Shown here one piece after another: positions 9,601-21,600 of a DNA stretch of 64,000 nucleotides. The notes under the pieces are model-generated. The model did not search any database and was not told the origin of the DNA. It saw only the letters and a list, made by a program, of their open reading frames with translations. This stretch comes from Catajapyx aquilonaris. Its lineage: Eukaryota. The position numbers were made by a program, and so were the translations under genes. Location: the NCBI GenBank assembly GCA_000934665.2, contig KZ538287.1:1-64000 (forward strand), written 5' to 3'. Every line of letters begins with the position of its first letter. The stretch's first letter is position 1.

Positions 9601-12600
9601 TTTTCATGTTACAACAGATAGGAAATTTAACTTGTTAGTTTAGTACTTTATTACACAATATTAAAATGATGAGAAAGGAAATTACCTGCCGTCGTCTAAG
9701 CTTTTTGTATTTCTGTAGGACCAAACCGTGTACCGAGAAGAGAAAACAAAAACAAGAGGTTTACTGGCCATGCAGTTAATTCCCTTTGGCATTCAACAGA
9801 AGTCATTTTCAGGATCAGAAATTCATGACTTCTGCTGCAACCAGATCCTAATCCTTCACATTCCCATGGGAAACCTCAAGTTAAACTTACTTTATGATAG
9901 ACAATGTGAGTGCCCTCTACAAGGCATCAGGAGAAAATATTTTAGACGTTATTGCCATTTTTAAATACACTTTTATGACTTCAAAATTAGCTATGAAGTA
10001 TTGGAAATATGGTGATGAGTGATGACAAAGTCACTTACCGAGTCACCTTTTTCACCTTTTTCTCCTTTTGAGCCAGGGTAGCCCTAGAAGAAGAAAAATG
10101 ACATTATTTTGCTTTGCTACATACAGAGAAATGTGGAGCATCTGAATAAAAGGGCACATTTTAAAAATAAACAACAATAATTAGTAGTCCATTCCAGATA
10201 TTATGATAAACAACTGTTAGTATTTAATCGGGAGGAAACTATCCCATAAATTAATTCTTGATCTTGTAATTATTAACGTAACAATTAATTAGAGAGTATA
10301 GAGATATATGTGCCCATCACATACTTCACACCCTATATTTTACATGTCAACAACTCGGTTTTTATGCTGATGTACTTGACAGCACATTAATGAAAATATG
10401 TTCTTTTTTTCTCAAACGCTCCACAAATTTCAATATTGACACTAACGGGTGGACCAGGAAGACCAGGTGGTCCCATAAGACCGGGAGGACCAATATCACC
10501 ATATTCTCCTTTTTCTCCTTTTGGCCCTGGCTGACCCTGTAAAAAATTAATACACATATTTTAGTTAAATTTTTTTTGGACTGTATTTCTGAATTCATCA
10601 ACTTACAGGAAGACCAGGCGGTCCTTGTGGTCCAGGTGCCCCATCAGTTCCATCAGTTCCGGCAGGTCCTTTAGGACCAAGGTCTCCTTTGGAACCTTCA
10701 AGTCCCAAGTCTCCCTTTTCGCCCTTTTCTCCTCTAAGTCCCCTGTCTCCTGGTTCTCCTTTGGGACCAGGAAGACCAGTGAGTCCATGCTCAGAAAACT
10801 CTCCATTCAAACCTTTCCGGCCCTGTTGGGAAATTGCTTCATATTATGCAATGCCTGGTTGCCACTCAATTTCATTCATGGGTAAGTCAAGTTAGAGGCA
10901 ACTTTTGTCAACAAATGTAATTAGCAAGGTGTTAATTTTCCGCAACGTCGGAATTTTATTGCTTTAAAGGTGAAACGGTTCTGGAGAGAATTACCCATGA
11001 GTAACAGTAGGTTCCACATAAGACATCCAGCCATTCAACACAGAAAGGTTATAAGTCCATTAATGGTTATGTCAAAAACATAATGTATTTTTACTGACAT
11101 ATTATTTAAATTTTAGTATGTTTGGACTTGTGACCTTTCTGTCTTTTCCTCTACACATGCCACCTACCTCCCAGGTGATGTGCAGCCAACAAGGTCACCA
11201 TGACACACATGACAGAACACCAACAATACACGGCTGGGACACCCAAAACATAGCACATACTGGAATTGCGGGTGTGAACAAACTAAAGGGTTAGTATGCA
11301 GGTGGGGAGAGTTAACTGTTAAGTTGTGTGGATGGTAGTAGTTGAAAATGTTGTTTCTCTTGGCTACAAAAATAGTTAATGTAAGCGGTTAGTTACGGGT
11401 TAAAAAATATAGCAGTAAATGAAAAAAAAAATCAACAAAGCCTTTTTCTCAAAATGCTTTGGGATTGTTGAGTCACCTGGAAAAAGCTGCCACCACCACC
11501 ATAATATAGCGATTTTTTTTTAAAAAAAAAAGCTCACCACCAACAATAATTTAAAAACTAAACAATACATGGCTGAAACAATAACGACTGGTGCTTCGGT
11601 TACCCCAATTTCTTAAATATTTTGTTCGAATCAAAGAAAGAGAGATAAGCTCGCCAGAGTTGCCTTTTTGCCATGCATATCCGTAAGAAAAAAAAAGTGA
11701 AGGATTGTGTAAGTGGTATTAGAATGTAAAAAGCAAAACAAACAAAGCAGCAGCGGAAAACAAATATTTGGAAGAGAAAAAAGGCTGAAGAGAGGACAGC
11801 TGTAGGAAGAGGCAGAAGCCACCACAGAGAAGAAGACATGAGGGAGGAAAATAGATGGGAAATTGTATGGATATGGTCTTTTACACATACACACCACATT
11901 CACATGTGACAATCATGACATATGAACAGCTATGTGACGGGAAAAATCCAAATGTTTCTGTTTATTCGTTCAAATTTGGCGCGGATTTGTCGTTCTACAA
12001 ACGCCATCTCTACTTTGAGTGGGCAATTAATGTACTCAAAGCTATACACCCTGCACTTACTATTTATCTAGTTATTTTATTATTCATTTAATTACTGTTT
12101 TTTCAATGGACGAAATTAATTTATTTTGATAAAATTTTTGAGTGAAGATAATATTCACATGGTTGCAGTTTGGGACAATGGTGTTATGAAACCGTCAGCA
12201 CTCTATCAAGGTGACATAATTTTAAAAATCTTCACCTGGCTAGAGTGCTGATGGTTTCATAGGTGCCCTAAACTTTTTTTTGGCATGCATTAAATAACTT
12301 GGAATATTTCCCGTCACTAACTACACAGAATCCACATAGAGATCACAACACGTTTGAATAGGTCTAGAAGTTTTACTTTCTTCATTTTTCCCTACCCTCT
12401 TCCCACGCTTTCCTCTTGCTCCTTTCTCTCCTGGATTTCCAGGTGGTCCTTGAGGACCAACCTCGCCTTTTTCGCCTTTAGGACCAGAAGGACCTGTCGC
12501 AATCAGAAGAAAAAAAAAAGTACATTTTAAAAATTCTTCTGAAAAGTGTGCGTCAAATTTCATTTACCCTGTAAGTCCAGGTCCCATAGTTTCCGGAGAG

Positions 12601-15600
12601 TGTTATATTTTTGCTAAATATTTACATCTGCAATAACTGGTAGTTGAAACAAAAGTGTGTTTACCTGGTGGTCCAGGTGGACCTGGAGGACCTTCGATGA
12701 TTCCAGTCGGGAAAGATTTGCCATCAAGTGTCGTGGTCAGACCTCGTTCACCTTTGTCACCTTTGTCGCCCTGTAAGGAAAACACACAAAAATGCTGACC
12801 ATCAAAAACGTCACATCTCACAAAAATGTAACGAATCTGAAACAATCCACCTTGCCATTAGTATTTAGTACGTAAAAGAAAACCATAAAGCAAGCACCTT
12901 ATATAAAACAGCAGCATGCAGTTACAATATTTCCTGCAAGACAAAACACTATTAGTTTACGACCCACAACATGCACTCCAACGACCAATAAACGCCACAA
13001 CACTACAATGAACTCACCCACTCTCCAGTCAAGTAAACACTTTTCCAACCTAGGACACAACTGAGGACACACTGACAAAGTTAGAACATTGTCACTGGCC
13101 AACTGTCGCAACATTATAAACTAAAAAGACAAAAGTGAGCAAAATTATTTTAATTTTGAGTAATTTCGACAAATTAGTGACAGTTGGCCTTTTGGACACT
13201 CTACATGCCGATATTAGTAGTCACACACACACTAAAAAATCTACAACTCGGACTACTCACACAATGAGAAAACGACCCCCAAGAGTTATTGTATGCACAA
13301 AATCACCATCACTCGTCTACACTCTATAAGACACCATTGCTTGTTCGGATTGGGTGCGGTGAACTTACGGGCAGCCCTGGTATTCCGGGGTCACCTGGTC
13401 GACCCGGGTTACCTGTCAAACCAGGCGACCCTTCCGATCCGTTTCTGCCCGGAATTCCCGGAAGTCCCTGGATAAACGGAGGGATTTTTTTGATCAATTT
13501 GGTGAATTTAAGACCTGCGAATTAGTTAGTCAGAAAAATGGGGGGCTGCAGAAAAATTTGTTAGCAAAATATGCAAGGAAATAAGTTTTTGAGATGTTTT
13601 AATCCATAGCAAATTGTAAAATATTTCAAACCATCTCAGCTTTAAAAATCAATATTTTCACAACCTGCACGTGTAATGTAAACAATAAAAACCCGAACTT
13701 TTCTTCAGAAAACCAGTAACCCGCCACCAAGATTGATCGAAGCACATCCTTAAACCAGAAAGTACTTGCTCAAGTACCATTTTTTTACTGCTCATATCAT
13801 ACCGACCGGATATCTCAAAGACAGACATAACATCATCTATCACGAGGTAATCTCATATAGAATACACCTTCAAAACGAGCAAAGTTGCGAACAAAATGTT
13901 CCGCCATAGAGATCCAAAAAGGACATGCAACGTCTTTATCTGTCCCCACTCAGCATAATACAGTGAATTCCCCGCACTCATGAGCAGTATTATCATCGCA
14001 TGACTTAGAAAGCCATAAAGTGTGCAAGTACCATCTTGGCGACTGCAAAGAGGAAGTAATGCTGAACTTAGCAAAAAAAATATAGATGGGGGGGGGGGGG
14101 TGGAAGAGATAAGGGCATGAGATATGTGCGTGTAATGCAAACTAAACCCTCACAATAGGTCCCCTGCGACCTTCCAGTCCGGGTATTCCCAAGTCTCCTC
14201 TGTCTCCCTGAAAAAATGGGAAACCATATTTGTTTCTGAAGAGGTGCAACATCGCCACAAGGGGGGTTAGAAGAGCATTAGGGTCAAAAACAATGAATAT
14301 GCATCATTATGTAAGGAAGAAATATCACGAAGAGTTTGTCAAAATAAAACACAGGCCGGTCCCGACTTACGTAGCCCCAACTTACGTAGGTACGAACTTA
14401 CGTAGCCTCAACTTAGATAGATCCATACTTACGCAGAAATTGCAGCATGCGCAAAAATTTACTGAATTTACAGAACAAAATGTTCGGGAACATCGAGTAC
14501 CGTAAGTCGGGGCTGCCTGTAATATATACAGTGCATATCACAAAGATCATACTGTTGATTAATAGTCGCCGAGCCAAACAAACCAGTGAACCTTCGATTA
14601 GGCCCAGGTTACGTAAGGTTAGTGCACAAACCCCTTTCGTGATATAGACTCTATTATTACGCCGATAGCATGACTCCATATCTGAACTAGAATCTTTCGT
14701 TTTTTATGTGACGTACCAGCTAATTGACCACAACTCGTCTCTATCCGTCAAAACAGCTCCTTTTTTTGTTATCAACAGGCCAGAATGAAAAGGCACGCTT
14801 CCCTTAATTAATCCCAATCAAGATCTGGAATGAATCGCTTCCCGTGCTGGGTTGGACACACAGCTGCGATGACGTCATTGGATTCTTTGTACATTATATT
14901 TTTTGGACACGCGTGTCTTTCAACCCACACGTTGGATTTTGCGTGTGACCAACCTTTGGTCCTGCGCTGCCGGGTGATCCGGGTGGTCCGACTGGTCCGG
15001 CTGGTCCTGGTGGTCCGTTGTCTCCGGGTGGTCCGGGCTCTCCGGGTAGTCCCTGTCGACCATCGAATCCGGGAAGTCCGGTGGGTCCAGGTGGACCAGG
15101 CGGTCCGGGTGGTCCGGGCTCACCTGGTTCTCCCTGTGGTCAGTATTGTTGGCATTTATGACACGTTCAAAATGTAAATAGAAAATAAATTGACATTACG
15201 AGCAAAGCGGTATTTTTTGAACCGACAGATGGCGTGTAGAGCTTACACGCCATCTGTGGTGTACTGAGTGAACCAACAATAAGCACTTGAAACTACAAAC
15301 AAGCACAAGGGAAGCAAATCAAAGTAGACAGGAAAGATTTGTAGTGTGTTTCGTAGCAAGTTATATTGTATATGAGTAGGAGAATGAAGGATTATAGTTA
15401 GTTTGCTTCGTTCTATAGCACTTACTCTCATCATGACTATTTCGTCCGCATCGATGTTAAATCCCAAGCCTTGCAGTTCCTAGAAACAGTGCAGCAATGT
15501 CTGGTTAACGGAGGGAACGTGTTAGTGTGTTAGTGTGCAAGGGGTACACAACAACAAACACAAGTACAAAGCAACTCTCTGCTACCAGGTGTTAATAACT

Positions 15601-18600
15601 GCAAACTAAAGAAACAAGAAAACGAGACGACAGCCAACACCGACAACACCCAACACGTCTGGCTAAAAACCACCTCACCTTGATGGCAATTATTTCGGCA
15701 TATCCTATCGTGCCACCAGACAGTGTCGTTACTGAACGTTTTAGAACATCCTGAAAGTAAATGTAAGTCAGATGCTTTGTCTGACTCAAATTGCCAGGCT
15801 ATACTCTTTAAATAATTTTAATGCAATAAATTCGAGTAAAAATTGGCGGAAATAATAGGTGATCGCACCAAAAATTTTCAAATCGCTCAAAATTATTTAG
15901 AGAGTACTGTTTAACATTCAAAAATTTGCGATTATCTTCCCCATGCGTGAACTCACCTTGGCGGCTGTAGATATGTTATATCCTGGACTCCCCGGTTCAC
16001 CTTTTTGGCCCTTCTCGCCAGGCCTTCCCTGAAATTTTGGCAAAATTATCAATTAACATCGCCAATCACACACTGGTCATTACAGTACCCCTCAGCATCC
16101 AAACCATCCTTCCAAACATGGCCATGCTTTTTGAACCAATGTTATTAGAACCTTGTGAGTTGCATACATTTGAATCACTTACCGGTTCACCTTTGGGGCC
16201 ATCCAACCCGATGGGACCCTGTAATAAAAGCAAATGTCAGCGTTTGTTCCAACCTTAAGAAAAAGACGCCGTTCTCTACTAATCTGGAACTGAATCGATC
16301 CCATCAGTCTAATGAAGAGACTTTTTTTTTTTGGATTCTTCTCTTTTCCTTCACTATTCACTCTTCTCGTTAGTCTTTATTCTAAAAGCGCTCTCAAATA
16401 AAAAAGAGCGTTCAAAAAAAAAAGTTGCAAGCGTGCAATTAGGGTTCGGAGACCCTGTAGGGGTAATTTAGCACAAAAAGCTCTTCATTAAAATGCTTAT
16501 TCCAGACTCAGGCCACCTTGAAAGCGAGCAAAAGAAAGGCAAACTAACTACCAAAAAAGAGAGGAAAAGGTGAAAGCAAAGCGACAGAGCAATACACAAA
16601 AAAAAGCACAAAGAATATTCAAAATAATGCTTCCAAATATCCACCGCTCGTTTGAAAATATTCGCTCAAAATTTTGGCATTATTACACTTGTTAGATATC
16701 TGCTACATGGTTATTGTGAAACACCATTGATAAGTTTTTATGGTATTTCCTCATCCGTTTTAAAATAATAATAAAAATTCATATTGCTTAACTCATCTTT
16801 CTAAGTGACCGTTTTTAATCAACAGAAACAAGGGAGAATGGGCCACCCTCCATGATTAATCCCTTAGTTTTTGACACGCAGAAATGACTTTTAATGGCTA
16901 CTTTACTTCCTTTTTTTTATAACCCGAGTAATGGGCGAGTGGGCCTGAATTACAACCGTCGTAACGAGCGGTCAATCCTCCACTTGAGTTGAAGGCCCAG
17001 AGTCCAATTCACATGTGTCCTCGGAATATTTTTGTGAGCCTTCTGCAAGCGTGGTTTTTCGGTCTGGTTTTAGTAGCATTCGGGGGGGTTAGTGACATTG
17101 CAGGAAAAAAAGGATTATAGAGGTAGTTAGGAAATTGGACAAATAGTCTCTAACAATGTCTGAATTATTTTTAGTTTAATTTTGTAAATATTTTTATGAA
17201 CAAATGTAAGCTTGCAAGTGTCCTACATATAGGACGTTACACTCTTAACCATTTACCTTCTCTAGAGAGGGTAAGTGGCCATTTTTTACCTTACATTGTA
17301 GGGTAAATATTCTTGGGTAAATTGATTCTAAGGTAAATTTTGCATATTACCTTAGAAAATAGAGGGTAAAAAAGAGGCAATTTTTTACCCTCTATTTTCT
17401 AAGGTAATACATGCAAAATTTACCTTAGAATCAATTTACCCAAGAATATTTACCCTACAATGTAAGGTAAAAAATGGCCACTTTCTTACCCTCTCTAGAG
17501 AAGGTAAATGGTTAAGAGTGTAGGTTAATATTTGATTTAATATTTTCTCAACATATCATACAAATTTTAATATCTGACCCAAAAATTATTCAAATATTAC
17601 CCCCCAATTTTTGCGACCAACTTTAGACTTCATACCGGAAGTTTACACGTTCATATTACACCCTTAAGTGCATCACAACTTTGCCCTACACAACCCCAAC
17701 CTCTATGCTCATTATCACCAGTGCGGATCTTCAACCAAATTTTGTTTTCAAACGAGGACCATTTATCCGTAACTATTTTCAACTAACTTCAAATTGACCT
17801 CGTTAAAAAATTTTTTTTTCCTAAAAATTTTCTCCCGGTTTTCTGAACCTCCTATATGTTTGCATTCCGGAGGGAAACGAGACCCCGGATCCAAAGTTGG
17901 CAGATCTGCTCAGGGTTTGGAGTAAACACCCCTGCAGGGTTTAAAAAGATGGGGGTTTGGAGGGTACGAGGATTTTCAAAATGTGGGGGAAAAATAACCT
18001 CCTCCACCCGGGGTAAAGTTAGTTCAATTAATCTGTGTTAGTACAAGTTAAGGGGTAAACGAATGCGCATTCACCGACCGGAAAGCCCGGGAATCCACGC
18101 ACTCCAGTCACACCCTGTGAACAGAAAAGTGAGGTAACGAAAGCAAACACAAGGCACATTTATTCGCAAAAAATTGGCACGTAACACAAAAAAAATCGGC
18201 GGATTTGTTAGATGGCATGCAAGCTATGGGTTTAAACACATGAGGATGAGGTTAAGGGGTTCACACGGGCGTCGTTGGTCGTTGGTCGATGGATACCATA
18301 ATTACGATTTTGACCAAATTTGCACGGACCGTCTGCTCATTGGACTGAATATTCAAATATGTAGAAGCAGCTAATTGAGCAGATTTTTTTATAAAAAAAC
18401 ATGGGGACATTTTTCAATTATTTGGGGCAGTTTTTCAACTATTTGGGACAGTTTTTCAAATGTACCTTTAGCAGACTCAACGCAATTAATCATATAAATA
18501 ATTCTCCATACATCTATCTGCCATATGTACTCATATTGGCTTAAATGACCGATCAATCTGGACAATTTTAGCTGACTAGTGAATTTCAAAGGTGGCCCAA

Positions 18601-21600
18601 ACGACAGTCCGTGTGAACGGGTCGAAACAGTTTTTAAGCATCATTGTGCTTAATCCTGGACTGAAATAACCTCATTCTTCCTGCCTGCAGCTTAATTACT
18701 GGCGTTGTTCAGGACAAAAAGGACTCCCCTAGTTATATACGCACACGCACCAAAAAAAAAAAAAAAAAGACGATTAAGTAGCCGATAACGATTTGTCCTG
18801 AAGCTTCGTTTCAGCTACCCCTCCCCTCTTGTTTATCCTAAATTATCCACAAAATCCTCTAGCCGTTTGTATAAACTGCAGGGAGTCCTTTATCCATCCA
18901 TTGCGATGCAAATGACCGTGCGTTTAGTAACGATAGCAAACTTAAGCCGCTAATCTCAATACGCCAACGCTTGCATTGGATTTGAAACAGTGCTGGGGAA
19001 ATGGTTTCTGTCTAACAAATTATCACAAAAGGCCAAGAATGGCCACAGAAAATGGTGAGGTGGTTTCGGACGCGTCCAGAAACACGTGGCGTCGGCTGAT
19101 TGGTTCGTCAGAGTGACGTGGTCTGCTCTGATTGGAGGGCAGCCGGACGCGTCCGAAATCACGTATGGCACGCCGGGTATTTTTTACATTACTTACTTCC
19201 ATTAATTATTGGTATTCAATTCACAGTTACTTGGACGACCTCAAAATGCTTAAATTGGACAGTGACACGATTTCGGACACTCCCGGAAGAGACTGATTGG
19301 CTACCATCCGGATGAGTCCAAAACCATACAACCATTAATAATTAATATCTCATCCACACAATTTTAAAAAAAGGATAGGGGCATCTCCAAACTTCATCTC
19401 GTGATCTCGTTTGTCCTTCAAGAAAAGAGGTCTAATTAATGGTTGTCAAGGTGGAGATCTCTACTAGTTTACCAGGAAATCAGACCTCACACAGAATAAC
19501 AAACGTGCATGTTTAATGTATGCGATTCCTCCTGCCGGTTAATTGCGTGTCCCTTAAGGGTGGGAGAGCAAACCACGCTACCTTTTCCGGACCTTAAGAA
19601 GAACCCACATTCAAGATAACCCAAAAGTTTTTTTTTTTGTCTGTGGTTTAGGTTTAAGTGATTTGTTTCCGAAGGCAGCAAAATTTGCTCTCGATGTCGT
19701 GTACACATGCACGAAAATACTGAGCTGCAGGGAGATATATTAATTAACCAGCAGTTTACAATCACATTCAACTCCAAATAAGAGAAAAATCTCTAATGAT
19801 ATAATTAGCCAGATCTGAATACCAGGTCACATTTCTATAGATATTAGGGTTTGAAATAAATCTCTGATAGGGTGAATTTTTATCCAATATTATAGGCTAA
19901 AAGGCTATTCAAAAACTCTGTTGAGTATCGAGGTTTACAATATCACTGAAGGTAGAGCTCACCACCTCTCCACTTGGAGGCGCGACTATACCCACCGCAT
20001 ATATTTGCATTGGGGTGAATGCTGCCATCTATCGGCTGGCACGATAATCTCCCGATATGTATCGACAAAAACCCTACGAAATAGCATTTTAAATTTGGGC
20101 TGGGTCAAAAATGTGACTCTGATCGTTCTTCACTGATAAATTTGTCTCTTTATTTGAGTTCGCACAACCTGGCTCTAAACTACTACAGGCTGAAACAGAT
20201 GTTATTAACAACAGTACATATTGGGAACATGACAATAATTGTTCTACAGTGTCTTTCAGCTACAGTGACACTGTCGTCTGTATACAGTATCCGGTATGTC
20301 ACATCGAGGATATTTGGAAGCAGTGAAATTCTCATTACAAGACCTGGAAGAGTCATGCCACGAGTATACAATATATTGGTAGTGTCCAACGTTATATTAC
20401 GTCAATATCTTCCTTTCTACCCATGCCATTAATATTTTAGAGATTACCTCTCACATACATTTTAAAAACTTTTTTTTTTAGATATGTCAGAAAATTACTA
20501 ATAGCCAATAACTGTGAAGAGTCAAAAGAAAAATGGTTGAACCAAAGTTTTCTTGTCATGCACCGAAGCTAAGAGGTAGTAACGAGAGTCAGATTATAAA
20601 AAGAAATGAATGGAACTTATACCGGAAAACCGTTCTTTCCCGGCGGACCAATCGGACCCTGCGAAAAAAAAGAAGAAGAACGAGTTACCCAACTTCATTA
20701 CCATAACTTTACACCAATCTCTCTTGCCAACTGCTTCTCTCTTACTATACATTTTTTGTTCAAACTCTTCTCGTCGTGTGTGTCGTTAGTTTCACTTGCG
20801 TAATGGCCTTTTTCTGTTTTAGGACACGAACATTACGGCCCTTGTCGTTTGAAACATAATTTACACCTCTCTTTACCCCCAGGAAAATGATGACCCTCCC
20901 CCCCTTAAAGAACCATGTCAAAATGGACAAACTCGAATTGTCCGAATGAAAAAGTGGGTGGGAAGTTGTTTACGACGCATTAACCAGATAGCAGTAGACG
21001 ATAACTGAATTTTTGTGACATTGCCAGGAATTCGGATGCGCCCAGTTATGTCAGCGCCATCTGGTCTCACTTCTGATTGGTTAGCCCCAAGCAGTGTCCG
21101 AAATATGGTCGGGGTTTTCGCCCCCCCCCCCCCCCNNNNNNNNNNNNNNNNNNNNNNNNNNNNNNNNNNNNNNNNNNNNNNNNNNNNNNNNNNNNNNNNN
21201 NNNNNNNNNNNNNNNNNNNNNNNNNNNNNNNNNNNNNNNNNNNNNNNNNNNNGGGGGGGGGGGGGGGGGGGGGGATAAAAAGAAAGAGGGGTGTGTGTAA
21301 GGGGGTGAACCCGACATGCTTCGGTGGCTTCCTGAAGTTTGCCAACTAAGCAGATTCGACCATCCTTCAGTCGGTTTTCATTAAAGGTGCGCAGAAATTG
21401 AAAACCGATGGGTTAATAAGTTACTAACAATGGTCTATTGATTTGGGTGAAAGATCTTGCTTTTCCATGGTAACCGAACCTGGAGAAACAAACAAACAAA
21501 CTTTGCCATTTATAATATAAATTGTCTCCTTTCCTATATAATTTTTACAAGAAAAATCTTATAGCACATTATACAGTGTTGGACACTCGCTTACAACAGC

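Noticed and set aside
14363..14436. Regularly spaced repeats resembling a CRISPR array (also 26241-26525 and 52393-52460)
   Set aside because: Units of 10-20 bp without unique spacers of CRISPR length, no cas genes, eukaryotic context; explained by a MITE or minisatellites.
10625..15177. Plus-strand Pro/Gly/Val-rich ORFs (10689-10895, 13289-13525, 14830-15177)
   Set aside because: Antisense shadows of the minus-strand Gly-X-Y exons.
15247..15292. Possible 46-nt collagen exon (tttgtag|...|gtaagc), and a 13-nt one at 15586-15598
   Set aside because: Both break the frame alone or together, and the first donor is part of a hairpin repeat.
21015..21349. Poly-Pro/X/poly-Gly ORFs (also near 30066 and 49369)
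   Set aside because: Artefacts of translating homopolymer runs and N gaps.
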